Positions 1 to 8,977 of a stretch of 64,000 nt of DNA are shown here, piece after piece. The stretch spans positions 832,001-896,000 of the forward strand of contig CBDCDA010000001.1 in the NCBI GenBank assembly GCA_965215335.1. The letters are read 5' to 3'. The DNA is from an uncultured Candidatus Entotheonella sp. GTDB lineage: Bacteria > Tectomicrobia > Entotheonellia > Entotheonellales > Entotheonellaceae. Position 1 is the first letter of the stretch. Each line of letters begins with the position of its first letter. A program made the position numbers and the translations under genes. A model generated the notes under the pieces. The model was not told the origin of the DNA. It did not search any database and saw only the letters and a program-made list of their open reading frames with translations.

Positions 1-782
1 TGCGGCGCTCCTTTGACCGCGCTGCGGCCAAGGGTGCCATCCACATGATCAGCGCTTGGGCCAGTGCCAATCGGCTCGTTTTGGGTCAACTCAAGGTCGA
101 TGACAAGTCCAATGAAATCACTGCCATTCCCCACTTGCTTGGGCTTTTGGCATTGGACGGGGCGACGGTGACAATCGACGCTATGGGATGCCAAAAGGAG
201 GTCGCCCGCAGCATCGTCGAACAAGGGGCGGATTATGTCTTGGCTCTCAAAGACAACCATGCGACGCTCCACAATGAGGTCAAGCTCCTTTTCGACGCGG
301 TCACGACAACCGGGCTGACGGATGTGACGGTCGATCATTATCAGAGCGTCGATGCCGATCATGGTCGTATTGAGACGCGCCGCTATTGGCTGACGAGCGA
401 TATTGAGTGTTTGGGGGTGAGGGGCTCGTGGGCAGGCATTGCCAGCATTGGCATGGTTGAGGCACAGGTGGAACGTGGCGACGTGGTGTCTTGTGAGCGG
501 CGTTATTTTCTGACCTCGCTTGGATGTGATGCGGAACGTTTTGCGCAAACCGTGCGGCAGCATTGGGGCATTGAGAATTCGCTCCATTGGGTGCTTGACG
601 TGAGCTTTCGGGAAGACGACTGTCGGATTCGTCAAGACGCGGGTGCGCAAACGATGTCGGTGCTGCGTCATATCGCCCTGAACCTGATACGACGCGAATC
701 AAGTCATAAGCGTGGCGTGAAGGCCAGACGAAAACGGGCCGGGTGGGATCACAGCTATCTGCTGCGGGTCTTAACTGGATAA
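1..782 (+). CDS. ISAs1-family transposase, 5'-truncated by window edge
   Basis: KSNEITAIP, TIDAMGCQ, YVLALKDN, HGRIETR and RQHWGIENSLHWVLDV motifs. Confidence 0.95.
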   Translation, partial: RRSFDRAAAKGAIHMISAWASANRLVLGQLKVDDKSNEITAIPHLLGLLALDGATVTIDAMGCQKEVARSIVEQGADYVLALKDNHATLHNEVKLLFDAVTTTGLTDVTVDHYQSVDADHGRIETRRYWLTSDIECLGVRGSWAGIASIGMVEAQVERGDVVSCERRYFLTSLGCDAERFAQTVRQHWGIENSLHWVLDVSFREDDCRIRQDAGAQTMSVLRHIALNLIRRESSHKRGVKARRKRAGWDHSYLLRVLTG

Positions 783-802
783 TGCCATATGCGCTTACCC
801 TG
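1..802 (+). mobile_element. ISAs1-family IS copy A (left part outside window); right TIR CATATGCGCTTACCCTG ends at 802
   Basis: 1..802 is the reverse complement of 53662..54463 (same translated protein); 17-bp TIR matches the complete copy at 53662..54900. Confidence 0.95.
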
Positions 803-813
803 GCGAGCAGGGT

Positions 814-2075
814 TAGGGCAATCGACTGAATTTTTTCCGGGGGGGATGACAGGCGTGATCTGATCGGTATTCTCTGATAGAGCGATAGCATAGCTCTGGG
901 AGGGACAAAGAGATGACCGTAGATTGCGCAGATTCCGATCACACCATCGAGTTCTTGGACAGTTTCGCCGACCTGGAAGACCCACGCCAACAGGCCAAGG
1001 TGCTCTATCCGCTGGAGGAGATCCTGCTGCTGTGCCTGTGCGCGGTGCTCAGCGGCGCCGATTGCTGGGTTGAGATCGCCCTCTATGGCCAGCAGCGGCT
1101 GGAGTTCCTGCGTCGCTTCTTGCCGTTCGAGCACGGCACCCCGTCGCATGACCAACTGGGGATCCTGTTCGCCAAGCTGGATGCCGAACAGTTTCAGCGG
1201 TGTTTCATCGCCTGGGTGGAGCGATTCACGGAGGCGGTGCGCGGGGTGGTGGCGGTGGACGGCAAGACCTTGCGGCGCTCGTTCGACCACGCTGCCGGGC
1301 AGGGGCCGATCCATATGATCTCAGCGTGGAGTTCGCGCCAGCGGATGGTGTTGGGGCAACGCCAGGTAGACCCGAAGTCCAACGAGATCACCGCGATCCC
1401 GAAGTTGCTGGAGTTGCTGGAGCTACGGGGTGCGGTCGTGAGCCTCGATGCGATGGGTACGCAGCGTGCCATCGCCGCCCGGATCATCGACCAGGAAGCG
1501 GATTATGTATTAGGGCTGAAAGGAAATCAGGGGACCCTGCACGAGGACGTGGCGTTGCTGTTTGCCGACCCGCAGGGCGGCTTCGCCGGGCACGAGGTCA
1601 CCGTTCATCGTCACGTCGAGAAGAACCATGGACGCCTGGAGACGCGGCGTGTGGTAGCGACTGAGCAGATCGCGTGGCTGCAGGACAGCCACGATTGGCC
1701 GGGACTGCGCAGCATCGCCAAGGTGGACAGCCGGCGTGAGTTGCTAGTCGAGGGTAAGGTCGAACAGGAGACGCGGTACTACATCAGTTCGCTGCCTGGC
1801 GACGCGCAGCAGATCGGGCAGGCAGTGCGCAGCCACTGGGGGGTCGAGAATGGGCTGCACTGGGTGATGGACATGGTATTTCGGGACGATGAGTGCCGCA
1901 TACGAAGCCAGAACGCACCGGCCAACTTTCGTCACCATCAAGCATATAGCCAGCAATCTGCTGCGGCGAGGCAAGGGCAAGCACAGCATGCGATCCAGTC
2001 GTCACCTCGCGGCATGGAATGAGGACTTCCTCTACTCACTCCTCACCAAGTGACGCTGTTCAGTCGATTGCCCTG
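814..2075 (+). mobile_element. Second, different ISAs1-family IS with 10-bp target duplication
   Basis: TIRs TAGGGCAATCGACTGAA (814-830) and TTCAGTCGATTGCCCTG (2059-2075); direct repeat CGAGCAGGGT at 804-813 and 2076-2085. Confidence 0.95.
913..2053 (+). pseudogene. ISAs1 transposase with a frameshift near 1926
   Basis: Full ISAs1 motif set; after APANF the typical C-terminus (VTIKHIASNLLRR...AAWNEDFLYSLLTK) continues in another frame to TGA 2051-2053. Confidence 0.85.
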
Positions 2076-2206
2076 CGAGCAGGGTCTGTAAGGCTCCACA
2101 TGTCTGAGTGAACCCTGTTTTGCGATCCGCGAACGACAACACACGGATCCCTTCCCCTTAGAGCAATTTCGGCTCAAAATGGCTTGCTCGTTCGTTACCC
2201 TCCCCA

Positions 2207-2274
2207 TATTACCCCCCTTGAGGGAGAGTCGGCGAAACAAGGGCGTAGCCTGTAGGTGAGCCGGCAAGGAGAAC
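2207..2274 (+). repeat. Solo copy of the CCCCC-TTGA-GGG palindromic (REP-like) repeat family
   Basis: TTACCCCCCTTGAGGGAGAGTCGGCGAAACAAGGGC...GAGCCGG aligns with the reverse complement of 8283-8350. Confidence 0.8.
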
Positions 2275-2379
2275 CCCAACGCCATACAAACGATGCAACC
2301 GGATACGGAAATGCCTTGGTCGAGCGTGCATTGCAATCAATGCCTCGGGACGTATCATCGCAACGGTCAAGTCACTTAT

Positions 2380-2640
2380 GGGCATCTTCTAGTAATACGC
2401 ATCTGTCGCCTGGTTCAGAATCACTGCGACACATTACCACGTGATACCGGAGGCGGGGAGAATTGAACATGGCTCAGATGGTTTTTCGATGTCGAGAATC
2501 GCTACGCCGCCTTGGGTGCCAGGCATGACCCCCTGGTGAAGATCAATGCCCTCGTGCCATGGGAAGCGTTCCGCAACCGCCCAGAGGCAGTCTGGCGCAA
2601 GCCACCCGACCAGCGCAAGTCCAATGCCGGGTGCAAGCCC
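2380..2640 (+). pseudogene. IS5-family left end plus transposase N-terminal remnant
   Basis: FFDVENRYAAL...DPLVKINALVPWEAFR; 2401-2548 is homologous to the reverse complement of 57845-57993. Confidence 0.75.
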
Positions 2641-2854
2641 TGGCGCAACCGGTTGCTGTCGTACCCCTTGTCGGCAATCAGGACCCTGGACGCCGGTAGA
2701 GCAGGCACAATCGTAGTTGGGCAGCAGGGGTTGAAGTCGGGCAAACTGCGCATCGGAAAGCCAGAAGTGATGATCGGGCATGATGAGCCTCCCCATGGAG
2801 TCAGAGCCTTGAATCCGATATGTTCAATGATGACCCTTTATAGGTCCTGAACCT
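2630..2854 (-). pseudogene. IS5 (IS427-group) remnant, internally deleted
   Basis: FWLSDAQFARLQPLLP N-terminus joined to the LIADKGYDS DDE motif; GGGTTCAGGACC end next to CTAG. Confidence 0.7.
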
Positions 2855-2867
2855 AGGGCTTACACCC

Positions 2868-3869
2868 CTATTTCAGCACCTGCGGATTGACCGGGGAGAG
2901 GGGACGGCGCCCCTGCAGCACCGAGGCGATCTCGCGCCCGGCACGCCGGCGCGCCTCGGGCATCATACGCGAGGAGGCTGAAGCCACGTGTGCCGACAGG
3001 ATGACGCTGTCCATCTTGAGCAGGGGGTTATCGGTGTTCACGGGCTCTTGCTCGAACACATCGAGACCGGCCCCGGCGATCCAGCCTTCCTGCAGCGCTT
3101 TGATCAGCGCCTTTTCGTCTACCGTCGGTCCCCGACCGGTGTTGAGGAAGATCGCCGTCGGCTGCATGGCGCGGAAATGTGGCTCCGTGAACATACGTTG
3201 CGTGGCGGGTGACAGTGGCACGTGCATGGAAACAAAGTCGGCGGTCTGCAGCAACTCTTGCAGGCTGCCCGTGACGCCGACCTCGTGTTGCTGCATGACG
3301 TGCTCGTGGATGAAGGGATCGAAGGCGATGACGTGCAGGCCGAACGCCTTGGCGCGCTTGGTGATCAGGCGCGGGATGTTGCCGAAGGAGACGAAGCCCA
3401 AGGTCTGTCCCTGCAGGCGGGGGTACCTGGAAAGTTCCTGGCGGCCCTCGCCCCAACGGCCCTCGCGCACGATGCGGTCCTGCGTGATGAGGCGCCGCCA
3501 ACAGGCGAGCAGCAGGGTCATGGCATGGTCGGCCACTTCCTCGATGAACACGTCCGGCACGTTGGTGACGACGATACCTGCCCGTGTGGCGGCAGGAACG
3601 TCCACGTAGTCGAAGCCGACGCCTGAACCTGCGATAACTCTGCATTTTTCCAGCGCCGCCAGGATCTTCGGCGTCAGGCGCACGCCGCGGCCAATGATGG
3701 CGTCCGCGTCCCTGGCTTGCGCGATGAAGGCGTCCTCGTCCGCGGCATCCAGAACGACGATTTCCGCGCCGATGGGTTCAAGCGCCTCGCGTTCCATCTC
3801 GTAATTGCTGCCGCCGAGATCCGCCAAGGGTCCCGACATCTTCCCTGTAACGACTTTGAACGTTGCCAC
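2868..3869 (-). CDS. D-isomer-specific 2-hydroxyacid dehydrogenase (CtBP/PGDH-like)
   Basis: GVGFDYVD, VTNVPD..EEVADH, HVPL, NTGRGPTVD and GLDVFEQEP motifs; GTG start at 3869 with GGAGG RBS. Confidence 0.9.
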   Translation of the reverse strand: MATFKVVTGKMSGPLADLGGSNYEMEREALEPIGAEIVVLDAADEDAFIAQARDADAIIGRGVRLTPKILAALEKCRVIAGSGVGFDYVDVPAATRAGIVVTNVPDVFIEEVADHAMTLLLACWRRLITQDRIVREGRWGEGRQELSRYPRLQGQTLGFVSFGNIPRLITKRAKAFGLHVIAFDPFIHEHVMQQHEVGVTGSLQELLQTADFVSMHVPLSPATQRMFTEPHFRAMQPTAIFLNTGRGPTVDEKALIKALQEGWIAGAGLDVFEQEPVNTDNPLLKMDSVILSAHVASASSRMMPEARRRAGREIASVLQGRRPLSPVNPQVLK

Positions 3870-3924
3870 CCGTACCTCCCCGTGCAGATTTTCTTGTCGT
3901 GTTGCGTGATCCTTAACAGCCGGC

Positions 3925-3940
3925 TGCACTGGCCGTGCCA
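3925..3940 (-). promoter_or_regulatory. Sigma54 -24/-12 promoter of the dehydrogenase
   Basis: Minus strand TGGCAC-GGCCA-GTGCA (GG-N10-GC), ~55 nt upstream of the start. Confidence 0.65.
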
Positions 3941-4096
3941 CGTAGCGGCCAATGGGCATTCAGAATAGGAAGTACACGGGCATTTTGCAAACGGACCGGG
4001 ATTCGAAAGACCGCATGCTATACTGCCTCGCCTCATGCCACAAGCCAACCAAATCCCAAGCCACCGCCCGCAGGACCTATGCGAGAAGGAGCATCC

Positions 4097-5029
4097 ATGA
4101 GCATCAAGCTGGGCGTGCACGCAGGACCGCAAGACTTGCCGATGGACGACCTGAAGCGCCTGTGGAAACAGGCCGACGAGGCCGGATTTCATTGGATTTC
4201 CGTATGGGATCACTTCTATGCCAACCCCCTCGAGAGTCGGGCAAACACGTGTTTCGAGGCCGTCGCCGCGCTGGCGACGCTGGCGGCCGTAACGTCCCGG
4301 GCGCGGGTCGGCTGCCTGGTATTCTGCACCTTGTTTCGCAACCCGGGCCTGCTGGCGAAGGCGGCCATCACGGTGGATCACATCAGCGGCGGGCGCTGCG
4401 AGATGGGCTTGGGCGGGGGCTGGTTCGAGGAGGAATTTCGCGACTTCGGCTACGGCTTTCCGCCCATCAAGGAGCGGCTGGACCAGATGGAAGAGGCGGT
4501 CCAGATCATCAAGTCGTTGTTCGAGGAGCCGGTGACCCATTTCACAGGGACATACTACAACGTCCGGGGGGCTGTCTGCGGGCCGAAACCCGTCAACGGC
4601 AAGCTGCCCATCTGGATTGGCGGCCGCGGCCCCAAGCGCACGCCGCGCATGGCTGCCCAATACGCCGACGGGTTCAACCTGCCTTACGTGTCGCCCGAGG
4701 AGTTCCGACAACGCATGGAACAACTGGAGATCGCCTGCGACCGACTGGGCCGGGATCCTGCCGGCATCACACGCAGCGTCAATCTGCACTTCCTCATGGC
4801 TACCGGCGAGGCCGGGGCCAAGAGGACCAGGGAAAGGCTGGAAAAGATTGACCCTGACCGCCGTCAGGGGGCACTTACCGGCACGGTGCAAGAAGTCATC
4901 GATCGCATTGGAGCGTACATGGAGGCGGGCGCCGAGGGGTTGAACATCGCGTTCCGTGCGCCCATTGACTGGGAGGCATTCGAGGCTTACATCGAGAACG
5001 TCTTGCCGGTCTTTCATCGTCCGGCATAA
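4097..5029 (+). CDS. LLM-class (luciferase-like), probably F420-dependent oxidoreductase
   Basis: WDHFY, RNPGLLAK, DHISGGR..GLGGGW..EE and PIWIGG motifs; AAGGAG RBS. Confidence 0.9.
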   Translation: MSIKLGVHAGPQDLPMDDLKRLWKQADEAGFHWISVWDHFYANPLESRANTCFEAVAALATLAAVTSRARVGCLVFCTLFRNPGLLAKAAITVDHISGGRCEMGLGGGWFEEEFRDFGYGFPPIKERLDQMEEAVQIIKSLFEEPVTHFTGTYYNVRGAVCGPKPVNGKLPIWIGGRGPKRTPRMAAQYADGFNLPYVSPEEFRQRMEQLEIACDRLGRDPAGITRSVNLHFLMATGEAGAKRTRERLEKIDPDRRQGALTGTVQEVIDRIGAYMEAGAEGLNIAFRAPIDWEAFEAYIENVLPVFHRPA

Positions 5030-5100
5030 CGGACCGCCGGGGTCGGCACGAGTCGTTCCTGCCAACCCCGAACGGAGAACGGCGGTGTGACCCAAGGCCG

Positions 5101-5676
5101 CTACAGGCCCTTGAGCACGCTCAGAAGCTCATCATTGGGAACGAGTTCCAGAGGCGGCGTGGTCTTGTTGTAGCGCACCACGCCCTCCTTGTCGATGATC
5201 ATGAAAACCCGCTGGTTGCGCCGGTAAATGACGGGGCCGAAGCCGTCGTCTTCAAGCAGGGCGGGGTCATCGAACAGGGTGCCATAGGCTTGCGACATGG
5301 AGCGGAACATGTCGCTCAGCAACGGATAGGTGAGGCCGAGCTTTTCGGCCCATGCTTTGTTGGCATCGTTGAAATCGACGCTGATACCCAGTACCTGGGC
5401 ATTGGCGGCCTCGAACTTGGGCAAGTCAAGTTGGAAGGCCAGCGCTTCCTGCGTTCAAACGCCGGTAAAGGCACCGACGTAGAAGAATATGACCAGGTGC
5501 TTCTGGCCGATAAAATCGGCCAGTTTCACCTCATCGGCAGTAGTCGCCGGCAGGGCGAAGTCCGGCGCCTTTTCCCCGACACGGAGGGCCGAGGCGGTAT
5601 CGAACCCGCCGCAGACCAGCACTGCCGTAACCAGCAAGGCGGCTACAAACCGCCCGCATCGTTGGATTACCTGCAT
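5101..5676 (-). CDS. Exported peroxiredoxin (AhpC/TSA family) selenoprotein, 191 aa, Sec at TGA 5455-5457
   Basis: Two ORFs fuse in frame across TGA: FFYVGAFTGV-TGA-TQEALAFQ, with TGA at the peroxidatic Cys position; signal peptide; GEKAPDF, GISVD and YPLLSD motifs. Confidence 0.85.
5407..5440 (-). promoter_or_regulatory. Candidate bacterial SECIS hairpin (peroxiredoxin)
   Basis: GGCCUUCCAACUUG-ACUUGCC-CAAGUUCGAGGCC starting 14 nt after the UGA; folded by eye. Confidence 0.4.
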
Positions 5677-5697
5677 AAAGAGTCTCCTTGTGTGAGG

Positions 5698-6267
5698 TCA
5701 GCTGCGCGGCTGGGCCGCCAGATCGGCAAGGTATTGCCGGAACGGGCCGCTGTCGAAGTCGAAAGGTCCGGAAGCGCGGGCGACGGCCGCGCCCTGGCGG
5801 TTGATCACGAGCGTATACGGTACACTGCGGGCGCCGAGCGCACGGGCCACCGTCATCTTCTGATCGACCAGCGTGGGAAACGTGTATGCATGCCGGGCAA
5901 GGTAAGACTGCACCGTCGGCACACCGCCGCCATCGAGGGAGATTGCGACCACGGCGATGTCTTCATTCGGAAAGGCTTCGTGTACCCTCTGCACGGAGGG
6001 CATCTCGCTGCGGCAAGTCCCTCACCAGGTGGCCCAGAAACGCACGACCACGACCTTGCCTTGCAGGTCCTCGGCACGAACGAGGTTGCCATCGGGGTCG
6101 GGCAGTTCAAAGGCGGGGAGGGTTGTGGGTTGACTCGGAACCTGCATGCCCTGGGGAAGAGCCGGGCCGTCTGCCGCACCTGCGCGCATGGGATGCAACA
6201 TCAAAAGGGCTACCGCGAGCAGGCCGAGCCCTATCCAGGCGCGTCCTGCTCGTCTGAGTTCGGACAT
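5698..6267 (-). CDS. TlpA/ResA-like thioredoxin-fold selenoprotein, 189 aa, UxxC (Sec at TGA 6022-6024)
   Basis: FWATW-TGA-GTCRSEMP in one frame, equal to WCxxC with the first Cys replaced by TGA; N-terminal signal/anchor; cis-Pro loop SVPYT. Confidence 0.88.
5983..6002 (-). promoter_or_regulatory. Candidate bacterial SECIS hairpin (TlpA-like)
   Basis: UGCCCUC-CGUGCA-GAGGGUA starting 19 nt after the UGA, with GU near the loop start. Confidence 0.5.
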
Positions 6268-6423
6268 TGTTTTACCTCCTTATGCGGAGTTTCGCGTTGA
6301 GGTAGCGAACCGGGCGCCTTGCTCATTTGCCGGGCTCGGTACCAAGACGGCAAACCATGTCGCCATTGTCGCATTGTATCAGACAAACCGGTGAAACGGA
6401 GCCACAAATTCCAGCATCTCCCG

Positions 6424-6945
6424 CTAACGCGTCGGGCGGTTTGCGGCACGGGTTCGCGGATTGACGTAGAGTCCCACGGTTGCATGCAGTTTGTCCACGA
6501 ACGCCGGATCATGGGAGAGTTTGAAGGTACGCAAGCGGTGCGGCACCAGACCATGCGCCTGCCAGATTTTGCGCACCGTCGAAAAGGCAAGCCTCACCCG
6601 CCCTGCCATCGCTCGCAGTGTCCAGTGAGTCGCCTCGCCATCGGGTAGCGACTTTGGTCAACTCTACGACGTGGCGTATCGTCGAGTCGGGAATCGGCAC
6701 CCTGACCGGCGGGCGTGTCGCGTCGTGGAGCAGTCCGTCCACGCCTTCGAGCATGTAGCGCTGTTGCCAGCGCAGCTTTTCGACTTGCCGGTGCGACACA
6801 TGATTTCCATGGTGCCATGCCCGTGTGCGCTTGCGAGGATGATTCGTGCGCGCCAGACATGCTTTTGCCCGGCGTTTCGGTCCGCCACGATGGCCTCCAG
6901 ACGCCGCCGGTCATCGGGTCCAACCGTAAAGGATACGGCCTCTGG
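6424..6945 (-). pseudogene. IS630-family transposase remnant (multiple frameshifts)
   Basis: RRLEAIVADRN..QKHVWRARIIL, EGVDGLLHDATRP and VRKIWQAHGLVPHRLRTFKLSHDP pieces in different frames. Confidence 0.8.
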
Positions 6946-7014
6946 ACCGTAACGGCTGTTCAATGCGCGCGCTCCTCAGAAGCAAGGGCGGTCTGTTCGG
7001 TGTCGGCTTCGGCG

Positions 7015-7114
7015 ACGAAGGTGAGTCAGGATTCCTCGCTTGGCCTTTCAGGGCATCCCGAAGTTCTTCATCGTGGTTGAAGGCAGAACTGATGAAGGCT
7101 CGTTTCATAGCCAC
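7015..7114 (-). pseudogene. N-terminal fragment of a TIR-like (DUF1863/ThsB-type) protein
   Basis: MKRAFISSAFNHDEELRDALKGQARNPDSP resembles DUF1863 N-termini; starts 3 nt after the hsdS stop, then loses similarity. Confidence 0.55.
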
Positions 7115-7117
7115 ACT

Positions 7118-8684
7118 TCAATCTCCTTTCCAGTAAGTATTTTGCACCCGCACCTCCCCCGACACCAGCCTCGGCAGTAGCGTGTCGCGCAGGGTGACAA
7201 GAGTACGAGATTCATTCAGATTCTTGAGGATACGTTCCATTACAGATTTGACCATCACTTCGAACGCCTGAGCCACCTCAACGGGCACCAGTGCCGTTTC
7301 AACGAGGTTGAAGGTCTGCCGCGTAATCGTGTCGAAGATCGTACCGTGGGTTCGCCTTTGTAATTCATCTACAACTGCTCTGACAGACCAGTAGGTGAAG
7401 AAATCGGGATAACCGTCGGAACCTCGAATGCCGTAACAGGTTTGATTCATGGCCATTGGTATTCCAAGACAAGCCAGTCGGCCTACGGTGCCTCTGGCGG
7501 TGATGATAGTTGTTCCTACGGGAAGAATCCTCGCCGAACTATTTTCAACCCCTGCTTGTGTAATTGTTCTTACAGTAGCCACCACGAAGACATCACTCAA
7601 GGCAGGAGCGTCCTTCGCAGTATACCAAGGGATGTCCCCATCCCAATAATTCGGAACCGACGTGCGTGGCGTTCCTCCACCAAGAAGTTCGACCGAGTCT
7701 TTTAGGACGCCGACCGACCACCCCGCCGGTATCTCCCCCAACTCCGAATCGACGAAGCAATCGGGGAACAGCGCCGCAATCTCCGAGTCCATCCTGTCGA
7801 GGTAAGCGCGGGCGCGTTGCACGCTCCAATCACGCCCCCCTTGAGGGGGCGTCGCGGAAGCCAAGCCGTCGGGCGCCGGCTGACGCGGTGGGGGGCCTGT
7901 CAGGGCCTCGTACAGCCGTTCCAGCACGCCGAAACAGTCCGCAAAGACGTCGTGGTTCCAGAAGCGCAGGACCCGGTAGCCCTGCTCTCGCAAAAACCGG
8001 TCTCGCTGTTCGTCGGAGGCGGCGTTCGGTCCCGCGTGCTGGCCGCCGTCCAGTTCGATGAGCAGTTTTTCGGCAAGGCAGGCGAAGTCGGCGATGTACG
8101 GGCCGATGGGCTGCTGGCGGCGAAACTTGTAGCCGCCCAGTTGCTTGTTGCGGAGGTAGTACCACAGCAGCCCTTCCGCGTTGGTGTGGTCTTGGCGCAG
8201 GGTCCGGGCGCGGCGCAAGGTTTGGAGAGTGTACTGGCGTTTGATGTCCGGCCAAGGACGTGGGGGATGCGCGGCGCCGGGTTCCCCCCACCGGCTCGCC
8301 GGCGGGCTGGTGCCCTTGTCTCGCCGACTCCCTCTCAAGGGGGAGTGATTTGACCGTGGGTTGCGGAGGGCGGCCTTGGCGCGCACGGGGTCGAAATCGA
8401 CGAACCAGGATTTGAACAGCGTCCGCGCCATGGCCTCCAGCGTTTCGTTCATGCGCCGGTTCAGTTCGATCTTGTCGTCCAGCGTGCCCAGGATGTGGGC
8501 GATGGCGCGCTGTTCGGGGAGGGGTGGGAGGGGAATTTCGACAAGGCCGATGTCGGACTTCCGCAACCCAAATCGAGTTATTCCGTTTGCGTATGAATGA
8601 AACTGCTTTTGATTTCTTGTCCACGCTTGCTAATTGGAGGTCAGTCACACTATCCAAGGTAACTCTGCGCCACTCTTTGTTCAC
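7118..8684 (-). pseudogene. hsdS: Type I R-M specificity subunit; first TRD largely deleted/frameshifted, DUF559 insert in the central linker
   Basis: PPLPEQRAIAHILGTLDDKIELN, FVDSELGEIPAGW, GGGTP and LRDTLLPRLVSGE; short N-terminal piece from GTG 8684 is out of frame. Confidence 0.85.
7828..8350 (-). mobile_element. DUF559 endonuclease-domain cassette flanked by inverted palindromic repeats, in-frame within hsdS
   Basis: LWYYLRNKQLGGYKFRRQQPIGPYIADF..IELDGGQH..RD..VLRFWN domain (~7900-8230); repeats 7828-7895 (+) and 8283-8350 (-) both begin AATCAC.CCCCC-TTGA-G and end CGGTGGGGGG. Confidence 0.7.
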
Positions 8685-8689
8685 TTCGT

Positions 8690-8977
8690 TCGATCCTACG
8701 CTCTCCTGCATCACCATGCAGTGCCGCTCAATCTCCCGATGAAAACGCTCCGGCAGGCGCGCCCAGCCGTGCACCTCCACCAGGAAGGGAATGGTCGAAT
8801 CCCGTACGGCTTCCTCGAATCTTCCAACTGGCCGACCGGGATCTCTTTCAAACTCGGCCCGCGCAGCCACAAATCGAGGTCGCTGCCATCATGGCTCCGC
8901 CCGTTCACGCGGCTGCCGTAGGCCCAAGCGTCCGGATGCAGCGCCGGAGAAAGGTCGTGTCGATGTTCACGATTCAC
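8690..8977 (-). pseudogene. Minimal nucleotidyltransferase (MNT) gene, frameshifted
   Basis: [20 protein letters not shown]-terminal [23 protein letters not shown] lies in another frame; between hsdM and hsdS. Confidence 0.75.
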
